In this document: piece by piece, positions 23,980 to 37,720 of the stretch
Layout of the letters: each line of letters begins with the position of its first letter
How positions within the stretch are numbered: the stretch's first letter is position 1
Origin: Octopus vulgaris
Taxonomy: Eukaryota
Length of the DNA stretch: 64,000 nt
Direction of reading: 5' to 3'
Assembly (NCBI GenBank): GCA_951406725.2
Contig: OX597823.1
Coordinates: forward strand, 81,468,001 to 81,532,000
The notes under the pieces: model-generated
Told to the model about the DNA's origin: nothing
Seen by the model: only the letters and a program-made list of their open reading frames with translations
Database searches by the model: none
Program-made: the position numbers and the translations under genes

Positions 23980-24482
23980 CAGGCATATGCCATCAGTAAT
24001 TACTCAAGGTAGGCAGTTGGTAACCTTTATGTAGTAAAACACACAAACAATAAGTGAAACACAAGTGCACAACTGAGTTGAAGGCAGATTTACTTCTGCC
24101 TTTATAGTATATAAAGAAAACTTTGTTGTAGGAGTGTATGCAGCACATGTACTACAGCAGTACTATGCTTAGCTTAAATACTTAGATTGAAAGGTAGGGG
24201 CAAATTATGCCTACCTAATCTACAAAAAAGTAAAATACTTTGCATTTAATGCATAATAATCAGAGCAACTTTGTAACTTTATTAAATTAGGAGTATATTT
24301 TGCCATAAAAGGAAAATGTTGCTCTTGATCTATTTTATTCAAGGTAGGCACTGCCTACCTTGTCTACCCAGACAGCACGCCCCTGGTATGTATATATGGA
24401 CACATTCACACACACACACAGATATATAGATAGATTAATATGTGTGTGTGTATATAGACATATATGTGTATATATATATATG

Positions 24483-24588
<106 letters not shown>

Positions 24589-24596
24589 CATATGAA

Positions 24597-25078
24597 TGAA
24601 GTGCATGTGAATGAAGTGCTTATCTCTAATTGTGGAAGGAACATGTGAAAGGGGCAGACCCATGAAAAAGTGGTGAGAAAGGATCTACGGGGATTGGGAC
24701 TCATAGAGGGGATGACAGGGGGCCAAAACTCCTGGTGGTTTACTGTGCTTGAGTAATCACACTGAGTAAAAGCCTAATTGTCTTTGCATACAGCTTGTCC
24801 CATGCATCCATCTGCAGCTTAGCATTCCTAATCTTACAGGCTTGTGGGTGCTGGTGCCATGTAAAAGGAACCCATACTGGTGCCATGCAAATGCACCTGT
24901 GCCAGTGCTGTGTTAAGGCACCCAGTGCACTCTGTGAAGCAGTTGGCATTAGGGAGGGCATCTGGATGTAGAAACCATGCCAAAACAGACAGGAAGCCTG
25001 GGCAGATCTCCACCTGGCCAGCTCCTGTCAAACCATCCAACTCATGCCAGCATAGAAAACAGGCGTTAAATGATGATG

Positions 25079-25083
<5 letters not shown>
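24597..25083 (+). mobile_element. RTE LINE 3' end (ORF terminus plus UTR)
   Basis: [16 protein letters not shown]...[10 protein letters not shown]... followed by the RTE tail and (GAT)n. Confidence 0.75.
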
Positions 25084-25130
<47 letters not shown>

Positions 25131-25265
25131 AATATACATACATAATTTTTCTTATTAATTTTAATTGGCAGAAAGTCAAACTCAAAGGCCAAGACTTTCA
25201 TGTACAGCAAATTAATAATAGTTCATCCATCTATCTATGTCTCTCCTTCTCTCTCTCTTTCTTGC

Positions 25266-25276
25266 TCTCTCTCTCT

Positions 25277-25345
<69 letters not shown>

Positions 25346-25572
25346 ATACATATATATATATACATATTTATATATGTATATATATACACACATATATATG
25401 TATATATACATATTTATATATATATATGTGTATATATACATATTTATTTATGTGTATATATACATATATATATATGTATAGACATATATTTATATATATA
25501 TATAAATATATAAATATATATACTTGTATATGTATGTATACATATATTTATATACGTGTGTGTATATATATG

Positions 25573-25641
<69 letters not shown>

Positions 25642-25690
25642 ATATATATATTTGCATATGTATAATCATACATATATTTGTATGTATGGG
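25266..25690. repeat. Degenerate (TA)n microsatellite
   Basis: Direct reading. Confidence 0.9.
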
Positions 25691-26169
25691 CGTATTGACC
25701 CGTTTGATGTTGACTACCCATTTATATATTCAGAAACGTTGTGCTGTTGGTGGTGGTAAGGGGTCATTCTGTATAAGTTTGCCTTAGCTAAATTTCGAGG
25801 AAGGATTAGTAAAAACTTTTGGCTTCTTTAGCTGGAGTGCTTATCGTTGTTAATGGAATACCAGTTCCAAGCGAAAATTAATATTACGATGTTGGTGTTG
25901 AATAAAGAAAGAAAAATAAGAAAAGGTATCTCATTAAAAATCTCATTATAAAATATTGGTATTTGCTGGTTTCTGATTATTGATGGCAGGAATTTTATAG
26001 ATGAAAGATGTTGACTAAATGATTGAGGTGTTGATTCAACATAAAACTGGTTAAAAGTCTAAAAAGTGTGTATTTAATCAAGCATGTATAATTGAATTGA
26101 TGTATCAACATATTTCTTTCGCTCTCTCTCTCCTTTTACAATCAAACACACATGCACAAACACACGCAT

Positions 26170-26396
26170 AACAACAACAACAATAATAATAATAATCATC
26201 ATCATCATCATCATCATCACCACTACCACCACCACCACCACCACCACCACCATCATCATCATTATCATCATTGCAGTATTATAATCATAAATATAGTCAT
26301 CATCATCATCATCAATACCACCACCACCATCATCATCATTATCAAAATTGCAGTATTATAATCATAAATATAGTCATCTTCATCCTCATTATCATC

Positions 26397-26435
<39 letters not shown>

Positions 26436-26460
26436 TTCATCATCATTGTCACCATCACAT
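26170..26460. repeat. Compound trinucleotide repeats (AAC, AAT, CAT, CAC) with an internal ~65-bp duplication
   Basis: attgcagtattataatcataaatatagtcatc occurs twice. Confidence 0.9.
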
Positions 26461-26804
26461 TTTACATCTACTTCTTACATAATGCTGACATAAGTCGGAC
26501 ATCTAATAATGTCTAGCCACCTGCTGTTATACTTCATTGTGTTGCATATACAACATGAAAGAAAGAATGGCCAACTGTATTGCTTTGTTTGCCGTTATTT
26601 TTGGCATAGTTTTCTATCGTTGGATACCCCTCTCCCTCCCTCGTCACCACTTTGTATATTACGTACCGCTTCAGTGTATGGACTGGGTTTGCTTTTATGT
26701 GTCACTAGCACTAGGCAGGTTATCGAGGGCAGAATATACTGAATCTCTCTCTTTGCTGTGTGTGTGTGTGTGTGTGCATATGTATGTGTACATGTGTATA
26801 TCTA

Positions 26805-26855
<51 letters not shown>

Positions 26856-26865
26856 ATATATATAT

Positions 26866-26949
<84 letters not shown>

Positions 26950-26953
<4 letters not shown>

Positions 26954-27700
26954 CCATGCCCGTAGTGGATGCTTTTACATGCCACCTGCATGTGGACCAG
27001 TCAAGTGGTTCTGGCAACGACAACGCTCAAAAGGTGTTTTTTATGTGCTACCTGCATGGGAGCCAGTCCGTTGGCACTGGTAACGACCACGCTCGAATGT
27101 TGTTTTTCATGTGCCACTGGCACATGTGCCAGTAAGGCGACGCTGGCAACGATCATGCTTGGATGGTGCTTTTCACATGTCACCGGCACAGGAGCCAATC
27201 TATGGCCCTGGCAATGATCACGCTCAGATGTGCTTTTAACATTCCACTGGCATGAGTGCCAATCAGGCGGTACTGTCGTCGGCCACGTCAGCGATTTTGA
27301 TTTGTTTACACTTGCCTCGATAGGTCTTCACAAGCAAGGTTCACTGTCCAATGAATGAGGAGTACTCATAAGTGGGCCAGTTACACCCCATGTTCGGATG
27401 TGTTTTTAACGTTCCACTGGCACAAGTGCCAATCAGGTGGTACTGTCATCGGCCCTGTCAGCAATTTTGATTTGGATTTTACTTGCCTCAATAGTTCTTT
27501 GCAAGCAAAGTTTATTATCCAATGAATGAGGGGTATTCATAAGTGGGCTGGTTACACCCACTGGCATAGGCCATGGGTTATGTTCTCACTTGGCTTGTCG
27601 GGTTTTCTCAAGCACAGCATATCTCCAAAGGACTCGGTCACTAGTCATTGACTTGGTAAGGCCCAATGTTCGAAGGTCATGTTTCACCATCTCATCCCAT
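26950..27700 (-). mobile_element. RTE LINE 3' end with tandem UTR units and a ~170-bp duplication
   Basis: Minus strand WDEMVKHDLRTLGLTKSMTSDRVLWRYAVLEKTRQAK*, then 27397-27559 and 27227-27388 duplicated, then ~65-bp units. Confidence 0.8.
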
Positions 27701-27886
27701 AAGTAAAATTACGTAAATGTTGATAGCGAAACATGTCCATGATTAATCTATATTTTTGTTATTTCACATTTGTCTTGCTCAATTACATTCTGGCGTTTGC
27801 TGAATTTTGTTGAGAACATTTCTTAGTGGTAAGACCATAGCGGATCTACTTCTAGCATAAGTGTTGTCCATGTTGTGGTCATCCCT

Positions 27887-27954
<68 letters not shown>

Positions 27955-28347
27955 TACATATATATACATATATATACATATTGAATCTTCTGTGTTTTAA
28001 CATGTACCTCCTTGCGTCAATGTAAACTTTCATTTTTATCAAAATAACTTTGGCCTGAAGGGTGGCCTGCAGTATACACCTTGCTTGGATATTTACCACT
28101 TCTGAGGTTCTGCTCACTATGAAACATATGTAACCCAGATATTATCTACTTCATTCCATAATTCTTGTATATATATCTCTATATATATTTATATATTCCT
28201 TGGATAATGGAACAGCAAGTTTAACGTCCAACATATATCTTTATCTTTATTTTTATATTTCCCTTTATACTTCCTATATCTATCCTTTTCCAAAATAACT
28301 TCTTATATTGAACTCTACTATTTTCTTCTATTTACCTCTCTCATATC

Positions 28348-28395
28348 GTCTCTGATGATGGGATATCTTGTATATTCCTGAAACAGCTGTAAGAC
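28348..28395 (+). ncRNA. Type I minimal hammerhead ribozyme motif (Penelope-type), near intact
   Basis: gtct-CTGATGA-tgggatat cttgt atattcct-GAAA-cagctg-TA-agac: stem I gtct/agac, 7-bp stem II, palindromic stem III, GUA cleavage triplet. Confidence 0.72.
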
Positions 28396-28466
28396 TACCC
28401 TTCTCTTTATGAAATGTCCTAGAAATTTCACTCTGCCTTGGCTTTATTGTCTCATTTTATTTAACC

Positions 28467-28511
<45 letters not shown>

Positions 28512-28674
28512 AGAATTCACAAAAAAACAAACAAAAAGAAGACAGATGGTGTAGACAACAAACAGATGTATTAGTATAACACTCGGGAAGTGAAAAAGTC
28601 TTTAATGTTTCGAGCCTACGTTCTTCCACAGAAAGAAACGAGGAGAGAAAATAAAGAATGTGTAGTGGCTAGCG

Positions 28675-28748
<74 letters not shown>

Positions 28749-29487
28749 ACATACACACATATATAGTGATAGATATACACATAAATACATGGCTATTGCT
28801 CCATCTTCAGAGATAATTGCCATCTCATATTGCTTCCTTGTTGTCAATGGCTATTCTGACTTTCCATCCATGGCCTCTCAGATGACTGTTCTGCCCTGCT
28901 GCAGATCTGCTTGGTTTGAATTTTAGGCAACAGATAAAAGTTATAACTTGCAATGCACTTTCAAGAGGTGAGTTCTCCACACGTCACCACATTTCCATCA
29001 CCATAGGACACTTTCAGTAAGATGGAATAGCAAATGAGGTTAATTCTTCTTCCTCTCATACCTCTCCTTCTTCCCCTCCATCTCTCTCCCTCTGTCTGTC
29101 TCATTTTGTATTTCCTCTCAGCTAGTTGACATTTTTCTCTGGTGAAGGATTCAATCTAAAATGTCAGACTCCTCTGCTTCCTCACAGCATAAAACTTGTT
29201 CCTCTGCTTTAATTATTTGTATATATGTATTAGTGGTGACCCTCTGATACTTAAGTTAGAGCATACAATTCTAAAAAAATCAAACTGATATAATTGAATT
29301 AAAGTATTTATAACAGGTACACAACCTCTTCCCGGCGCCCAGCTTTCTTTCTCTCTCTTTAAAATAGAAAAATGAGGTTTGGAATAAAACACCCATTATC
29401 ACTGTCGTCATCATCACCATCATTATATCACTGCCACCCACACCATCATCATTGTCATTATCACTACTGGCCTCTCCTCCTCTTGCG

Positions 29488-29945
29488 CCTCCACCTCTTG
29501 TCCCCTCTATCTCTTATCCTTTCCACCTCCAGCCCCCTCCACCTCCTGCTCCCTCCAATTCTTGCCCTTCCACCTCCTACCCCTCCACCTCCTGCCCCTC
29601 CACCTCCTGCCTCTCCACCTCCTGCCCCTCCGCCTCCAGCCCCTCCACCTCCTGCTCCTTCACCTCCTACCCCTCCACCTCCTGCACCCTCCAATTCTTC
29701 CCCTTCCACCCCTGCCCCTCCACCTACACATCCATCCCTGCCCCTCCACCTACACATCCACCTCCTGCCCCTCCACCTCCTGCCCCTCCACCTCCTGCCC
29801 CTCCACCTCCTGCCCCTCCACCTCCTGCCCCTCCACCTCCTGCCCCTCTACCTCCTGCCCCTCCACCTCCTGTCCCTCCACCTCCCTCCCCTCTACCTCC
29901 TGCACCTCCACTTCCTGCCTCTCCACCTACTGCTCCTCTACCCCC
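29488..29945. repeat. 15-bp C-rich minisatellite (CCTCCACCTCCTGCC)n
   Basis: Homogeneous units at about 29757-29880, degenerate on both sides. Confidence 0.92.
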
Positions 29946-30456
29946 TTTATATTTAAGAGCACTGGAGCTGATGTAATTGATTAGCCCCACCTCTCACCAA
30001 ATTTCAGGCCTTGTGCTTATAGTTGAAAGGATATATAAATCGTTTGACAGAATCTGATGAGTCCAAAGACGGCATTGTGTGCCAGTGACTACTTTGGCAT
30101 AAACTCTACTGCAGGATGCCCTTTACGTATTCGCTAGTTTACTAAAGAGTTTGGATTTTTTTAACAATCATGTGTGTGCATATATGTGTTGTGTATGTAT
30201 GTGAGGGTTGTGAAGGTGGGGTACATTATGTGTGGGGGTGTGTTTTTGGATATGTTTGAAGAAAATGAAGTTCATTTTCATTTCATTTCAATCAAGAAAT
30301 TACAGTATGTCACAATATATAAGCAAACAAAATAGAGAATAAAAAGAGCATTTATGGTTGAGGATCTGTGAGAAGGACCAAAGTTAGTAGCAGTGAATTT
30401 TATAAATAAACAGCAAAAGAAGAAAATCAACAACAACAACAACAGCAATGCCACCC

Positions 30457-30494
<38 letters not shown>

Positions 30495-30496
<2 letters not shown>

Positions 30497-31097
30497 CCTT
30501 TCTGCTATTGTCACAAGGCCTGAAATTTGGGGAAGGAGATGAGTCGATTTCATCGACTCCAGTGTTCAACTGGTGCTTACTTAATCGAACCCAAAAGGAT
30601 GAAAGGCAAAGTCGGTCTCAGTGGAATTTGAACTCAGGACGTTGCGGCAGATGAAATACGGCTAAGTATTTTGCTTGGCATGCTATTGATTCTGCCAGCT
30701 CGCTGCCTTTAATAATAACAATAATAATAATAATAGTAATAATAGTAATAATAATAATGATAATAATAATCCTTTTTACTGTAGACACAAGGCCTGAATT
30801 TTTGGCTGGAGGAGACTAGTTGATTACATGAACCCCAGTGTTTTACTGGTATGTAATTTATCAACCTCGAAAGGATGAAAGGCAATGTTGACCTCAGCGG
30901 AATTTGAACTCAGAACGTAGCGGCAGACAAAATAATACTAAGTATTTTGCTTGGCATGGTAATGATTCTGCCAGCTTGCCGTCTAATAATAATAATAATA
31001 ATAATAATACTATAGGCACAAGGCCTAAAATTTTGTTGGGTGGGGCTAGGTGATTACATTGACCCCAGTACTTGACTGGTACTTTATTTTATTGACA
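30495..31097 (-). mobile_element. Three head-to-tail family B SINE copies separated by (AAT)n
   Basis: Copies at about 30495-30710, 30770-30985 and 31008-31097. Confidence 0.8.
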
Positions 31098-31912
31098 ATG
31101 GTCAATGCTACATAAAAAGCACTCAGTACCTTTGAGAATTGCTGACATTAGAAAGGGCATCCAGCTATAGAAACCAGGTCAAAACAGACAGTAGAACTTC
31201 TGACTTTCCAGCTCCTGTTGAACTATCCAACCCATGCCAGCATGAAAATGGATGTTAAACAACAATGATGATGATGATGGTTATGTTTAAAGTGTTAATC
31301 ACACTGTGAAATAGCAAATAATACTTGCTTTAATGGCAGAGTAGGAATCAATAATTTCTGTTTTAGAAGTGAAATTGTATGTTTATTGAAACTTTCAGGG
31401 ATGTCTGTTTTAAGATTTAAAGGTGTTTATCTTAATAGGAATAATTGTTTTGAAGGTGTTATGAGTTTGCAAGTGTCTTGTGAACATTGTTTTGTATAAA
31501 CATGGATTTTTAATTCTGATCCTCATATAGCTGCCACACCCCACTCCCAGTCACTCTGATTTTTCTCTCCACCACTTGCTAACCTCACCACTTCCCCTTC
31601 TCTAGACATTTCCCCTTCACACTCTTATGGAACATTTTTCTTTATCCCCGCTGTGCCACTTATACTTCTCCCCCACTGTTCCACCATCTATTTCTCTCTC
31701 CTTCACTTTGATTGTATCTCTCTATCTTTCTCTTTTACTCTATTTCTCCTTCCTCTCCTTTCTTTTCCTGCTGGGGTAGCCAAGTATCTCCTCCATAGTA
31801 AGACATGTACCTCTATCCCACCTCTCAACTGGCACAAAGCCACCTCCCTCAGTACCAGTCTCTCTCCTAGTCAAGGGGCCTTTGTCTTGTTGACAAGACC
31901 CTGCTGGTGTTG

Positions 31913-32309
31913 GTTTGTTTGTTTGTTGAGCGAAGCGGTCTTCATCCCAGAGCTCGCAAGATTGCACCTCTATAGTGGGAGAAGTCCGAAACGTCGGTCC
32001 TTTGCTATTCGTAAGACCTGCAGAAGAGAAAACAGGTCAACCCTCGACACTGAGAGCATCAACGGATGGATGAATGCGCATCCAGGCTCAGCGGTTGCAT
32101 AGGAAGTCGGGGACAAGAAACAGGAAGGAAGAGTGAGAGAAAGTTGGAGCGAAAGAATACAACAGGGGTTGCCACCCCCTCCTGCTGGAGCCTAGGGGAG
32201 CTTTAGGTGTTTTTGATCAATAAACACACACAACGCCTGGTCTGGGAATCAAAACCGCGATCCTCTGACTGCGAGACCGCTGCCCTAACCACTGGGCCAT
32301 TGCGCCTCC
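31913..32309 (-). mobile_element. tRNA(Arg)-like SINE family D, full length with (AAAC)n tail
   Basis: Minus-strand head ggaggcgcaatggcccagtggttagggcagcggtctcgcagtc, B box ggttttgattccc, CpG-rich body. Possibly related to the octopus OR-type SINEs (not verified). Confidence 0.75.
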
Positions 32310-32549
32310 ACGCTGGTGTTGGTGCCACATAAGGAACATCAATATCGGTGCCACATGGAAAGCACCCAGTACACTCTGAAAAGTAGGTGGTGTTGGGAAG
32401 GGTGTCCTGCCACAGAAACCACACCTAAGCAGGTAATGGAGCCTGGTGCATTCCAGTTTGTCTAGCTCCTGTTAAACCATCCAATCTATGGAAGCATAGA
32501 AGATAGATGTTATATGATGATGATGATGATGGTGGTGGTGATGGTGATA

Positions 32550-32815
32550 GTGAGAGTTATTTGGTGAATGAAAACCAGCAGACATTTAGGTAGAGTGTGA
32601 AGACGAAAATTATTATTAAGTTTGATTTGTGCAAATATATACATGTCTAAAAATTTTACATGTCCATGTTTTATATAAACATGGATATTTAGTTCTGTCA
32701 GAGTTGTTTGATGAAATCTAAAGCCAACAAACATTTAGGTAGAAAGTGTGAAGATGAAAATTATTATCAAATTTGATCTGTGCCTGTATGTACATGTCTG
32801 AAAACTTTTAAACTG
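32550..32815. repeat. Diverged tandem duplication, period ~148 bp
   Basis: acatttaggtaga..gtgtgaaga.gaaaattattat...tacatgtct occurs twice. Confidence 0.75.
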
Positions 32816-34263
32816 TGTTTGAATAGTCACATATCAATTTGCCTTAATTTTTAATGTGATCAAGTTTTATCAATTCATGCAAAAAAGAAGAGAAAAAAAC
32901 AAAAACAAAAAGTGTTAAGTAAGGCAAGCGATCAGAGAAATGGTTGCAAAAGTGATCGGTAAAATTCCTGAATTAGGTGAAATGTTGGTAGGAGAAACTC
33001 TGCAAAATAAGTGGTCAATTATGTTGGCACATTTATCAGAGTATCAGGTTGACAATGTTGTTTTGGGACATAAATTATTGCCCATTAGTATTGCAAAGTA
33101 GTCACCCTCAGATTCTATGCTATCAACCTGAAATTGATCAACGTTAAAAATCTCCCATGAGTGTGAGCTTACAACCTTTTTTTTTCACTTTATGCTTCAA
33201 ATCAAACTAACAAAATCTCTATGAAATAGTTCATGTGTATCATATGGTGATGGACAATAAAAACTACCTAGAATTATTGATTTCTTTTTCGGATTACCAT
33301 CAGTGATTTCACAGACTTTTCATTCCCAAAACCCAGGGTGTGAAGATTTTAAGTTTTAGATCCTCACCATCAAAGTGGTCCATAATGCAAAATTAGGATA
33401 TCACCTTTTTTCTTTCTTTTTTTTTTTTTTACAATAGTTTGACTCTCCAGGAAAAAGTTATTGTGAACAACCTTTCAATAATTAGCTTTAGAACATTCAT
33501 AACATCGTGTTCCTAAAAGCTGAATACAGAATATCCAAAATTTTGTCATCATTATCATCAATAAATTTTCAAACCCTAAAGGGGGTACCAACTACCTGCT
33601 ACTTATTCACTGTTCCCCCATCACATGAAAGCACTTACAAAGTTGTCTGGTGTCTCTATTTTATGAAGCTATTCATCAGGTCATAAAGGTATGTGACCTG
33701 GTGGTTAGGGTGTTGCACATACGATTGTAAGATCTGGGTTTCAATTCCTGGATTGGGCAGTGTGTTGTTTTCTTGAGCAAAACACTTCCTTTCATGTTGC
33801 TCCAGCCCACTCAGTGTTTAATGAGTTCCAGTAATAGCTGGGAAGTTAACCTTGTGGTGGACTAGCTTCTTGTCCAGGATGGTTTCCCAATTTTAGTTAC
33901 TTATATTGCTTTGAAACCAGGTTAAGAACTGGTGTTATATTTGAATATTCATGTGATCCAAGTGGACCTATGGAGGCCAAAATATTTTCATCTAGAACTC
34001 ATCTTTAAATTCTCCTTCCTCTGATTCTATACATCTGAGAACTACACCAACTAATCATTTGGTAATGTAGATTTCAGTCAGCCTGTTATTAAACACTTAT
34101 TGTCACAACTAAATGTACTGTGTTCTAAATTTCATGTTTACACATGCCTGTACATATGTCTGCCTATCTGTCTGTCTGTCTGTCTGTCTATATATCTATC
34201 TATAGATGATATATGTGTGAGTGTATGTGTTTATGTCTATATATATTTGTGATTATATGTGTA

Positions 34264-34301
<38 letters not shown>

Positions 34302-34884
34302 CATATGTATATATATATATATGTATGTATATATATATATGTATGTATATATATATATGTATGTATATGTGTGTGTGTGTGTAGCCATATTAGTTGGTGC
34401 CGTTACTTCTGAAAGAGTCAAAATTTTAATGATTAAAAAATAACTTTTACAAGTTAATACTTTATCTACTGCAGATTTCAATATCTAATGAAGGGAATTT
34501 TGTTTTCATTTTGTCTGTTTTTTTAATTTTATGACTTCATTTGAATTACACAAAGGGAAAAATTGAGATTCATTAAAAATGTAAAATTTTGATATTTGCA
34601 TTGTTCTTATTGATTTACATGTTGTTTTTTTCTTTTTCTTGAAGCTGAAGATGATATTCGGCTTTCAAATAATTAAGTGATGAAAAATTTTGGTTAAACT
34701 TTTTGTGTGCCAAAAAGTAGTTTTAACAGATTGAATTAATTCACTGCATTGTCATTCATCTATGAGACAATAGGGGAATCCCTACTTGAACATTAGGCTT
34801 GCTACCACAGCTAGTTTTCCATCATATGACACTAAATTAAAGATAAGAATCAAATAAACATTCAGTTGAGTTTCAGTTCTTTCT

Positions 34885-35125
34885 GAGCTCTTGAACACTT
34901 TGAGTAGGGAGTTGATGCTACTGGTTTCTATTGGCTGTGGTTTTCTGTACATTTGGTCATGTGATTTTGGCCTCTCTCATATCAGTTATGAATGTTCTGT
35001 GTTATTTAGTTTTTGGTCTTTCTCTCCCGTTTTATTTATCTCTGGTGGTATCCATTTGAATGCTGTTTCAGAATGGCATTTTTCTGGTAGCCAGAGTATG
35101 TGACCTTCTAGTTTTAATCTTCATT
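34885..35125 (-). pseudogene. Old RTE LINE C-terminal ORF fragment
   Basis: RRLKLEGHILWLP...AFKWIPP...RERPKTK*HRTFITDM. Confidence 0.65.
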
Positions 35126-35149
35126 CTGTGATAATTTGGCTAGCAATAC

Positions 35150-35320
35150 ATGAAAAGCATGGCCATACTTGAGCAGGTCATCGAAACACAACTATGTGTA
35201 TCAACTTACCAGAGACACTGGATGCCTCCCTGAAGATCAACTTCAGCTAATACGGGACTGAGACGGATGGAGTATAAAGGTTTAAAATTTCTGAGCAAGC
35301 TCAACCAAATGATGATGATA
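35150..35320 (+). pseudogene. 3' end of another RTE family with (GAT)n tail
   Basis: TYVYQLTRDTGCLPED...DGW followed by tgatgatgat. Confidence 0.55.
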
Positions 35321-35809
35321 CATAAAAAGTAAGATTGGATGGTCATGGCTGGAACACTTTTGATTATAGCTCTATTTGATCATTGCTGATCTGTGTCTAA
35401 ACAATAACATTATAATCACACTGGAGGCTTTAGACCATAATCGTTGTCTTAATGAAAAAAAACTCCAAAAAACAAAAAACTTGCATCAGCCAAGTTTTTT
35501 TATGAAATAACATTTTTTAAAAAGTAAAAAAAAATATTATTAGGAATTGCCTTAAAAAAATTTGTTAAAATATTTAATGTATTGTATATTTACTGCACAT
35601 AAATTTTGACAACAAAATCTTATATGAAACCTCAAGGGTCATATGGAACGCAATTGAGAAACACTTGCTTAAATTCTATTTTAAAATATCTTCTTTCATT
35701 GTTGTTGGACTATGTTCTTTTATTTATTCTTTTTATCTTTTTTTATTTGTCCTCTTTATCTTTTTGTTGATGTGTTGTTGCTGTTAAGCTCTGCCTCATC
35801 TCCACTTAA

Positions 35810-36037
35810 CTCTTTACCATTCAGTTTAATCTGCCAAATATAAAGCTTTTTTATTCACATTGCTTTGAATTAAGCATGTAACTTGTAGATTTCTTGCGAC
35901 TTCAAGATTTCAATGATGTGATTGTCTATTTTTATACTGACTTGGCAAGGTATGTGTGAGAGGCAGGATATGGCCAGTTTTAACATAAGACAGGTAGAAT
36001 ACTTTGACTGGATATGGCCAGTTTAAATGCTAAAAGG
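35810..36037 (-). mobile_element. TTAA-type MITE
   Basis: TTAA at 35806-35809 and 36038-36041; reverse complement of the outer element at 1293-1832. Confidence 0.75.
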
Positions 36038-37720
36038 TTAAACAAACCTATGATCAAGGTTGCTCTAGCTCTAACCATCTCTTTCTTCCCTTGGACATTG
36101 CATATCTTTGAATACATTACCTAATGTGCAAATCCAATTTCATAATGGTAAAGTTTAATTTGTGAAATCATGTGGCTTAGTGGTTATGGTGTTGCACTCA
36201 TGATCATAAGGTCATAGTTTCAATTCCCTGACTAGGCATTGTGTTCTTAAGCAAAACACTTTGCTTCATATTGCTTCAGTTCACTCAACTGTAAAGAAAT
36301 TCCAGCAATAGCTGGGAAGTGAACCCTGCTATGGACTAGCTTCTCATACAGTGGGTAATGTTTTAATCTCAGTCATATGCCATGGAAACTGGGTTAAGCT
36401 CCCAGCCTTATGATCCCTAGGGCTCATGATAAACCCTAACCTAAGAGTTTACTTTGAGGAAGATTTGGTTGCTATTTTGAACAGATGTATTGACTACGTA
36501 GAGGCTGTCCCATTGGCTTATGTTTTATAAGCCGTGTGTATTTTAATCAATCATTGTATTTTCTTGTCTACCTGAATCTTATTCTGCTTGAAGTATTACA
36601 AATCTTCTTCAATTTTGATTTCATTGTTGCCAAGCATCTGGAAAAAAATTACAAAAACTACTAAATCTGGACTATCTTTCAAAATGTCACATTCTTTCTT
36701 TTGTTTAATTCTCATTGATTTTAAAGTAATTTGTTTAAAAAATACGAAATTATAAATCATTCTTACTTTCCTATTATTTAAATCATTTTTTTAAAATAAT
36801 TATTTTAATATTTTTTAAAACATTTTGTGGTAAAACCCTTGTAAAACTAACAAGACTTAATATTTTTGATATTTCAATAGTTTTTTTTCTATTCTTATAA
36901 GACTTTTGCTTTTTTTAGACTCTAATGTAGCACATTATTTCACTTTATTCTTTTTAATTCTTATTTTAAATGTGTATATATATATAAATATATCCTATAT
37001 CTTGAGAGTATGCCCTGGCACATAGCCACCTTCTCTCTCATTCTCTCTCATCTTTGCTCTCTCTCACTCTCACTAACTTTCTCTCTGACTGGGTAGCCAT
37101 GTATCTCCTCTCCAGCATAATACTTGTTTCTGTCCCTCTGTCATACTCTAACTTCTCATCACCTAATACAAAGCCACTACCTCCAATACCACTCCTCTCT
37201 CAAAGAATCTCGATCTTTCAAGTTACTCGGTGACCTCAAAAAGGCATCCAGTCCACTCTGTAAGGTGGTTGGCATTTGAAAGGGCATCCAGCTGTAAAAA
37301 CCATGCCAAAATAGACCTCACTGGTGCTGGTGCCACATTAAAAGTATCCAGCCCACTTTGTGAATTGCTTGGCATTAGAAAGGGTATCCAACTGTAAACA
37401 CCATGCCAAAACAAACAGTGGAGCTTGGTACAGTCCTCTGGCTTGCCAGTTCCTGTCAAACTGTCCAACTCGTGCCAGCATGGAAGACAGATGTTAAATG
37501 ATGATGATGATGGTGATGTATGTATGCATGTATAAATCAATGGGTGGGGATCTCATTGATCATGGTTATCAACTTAGCAGCACTCAGGTATGTATTTGGC
37601 TGGCAGGGTACTCAGGTGGAACACTGATGAATATTTCTAGTCTATCACACCATGAATAGGAAAACCAGTGCATTCTTAACTTGTGGAACAACACTTGTTG
37701 CATATGTCATGCAGTGAAAA

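Noticed and set aside
29372-29990. Proline-rich (PPPAP)n and Gly-rich ORFs resembling formin or extensin
   Set aside because: A 15-bp minisatellite open in several frames, with no splice or domain context and not needed by ARL15.
30048-30085. Hammerhead-like CTGATGA-gtc-caaa-gac
   Set aside because: Followed by ggca rather than GAAA, with no stem I or III.
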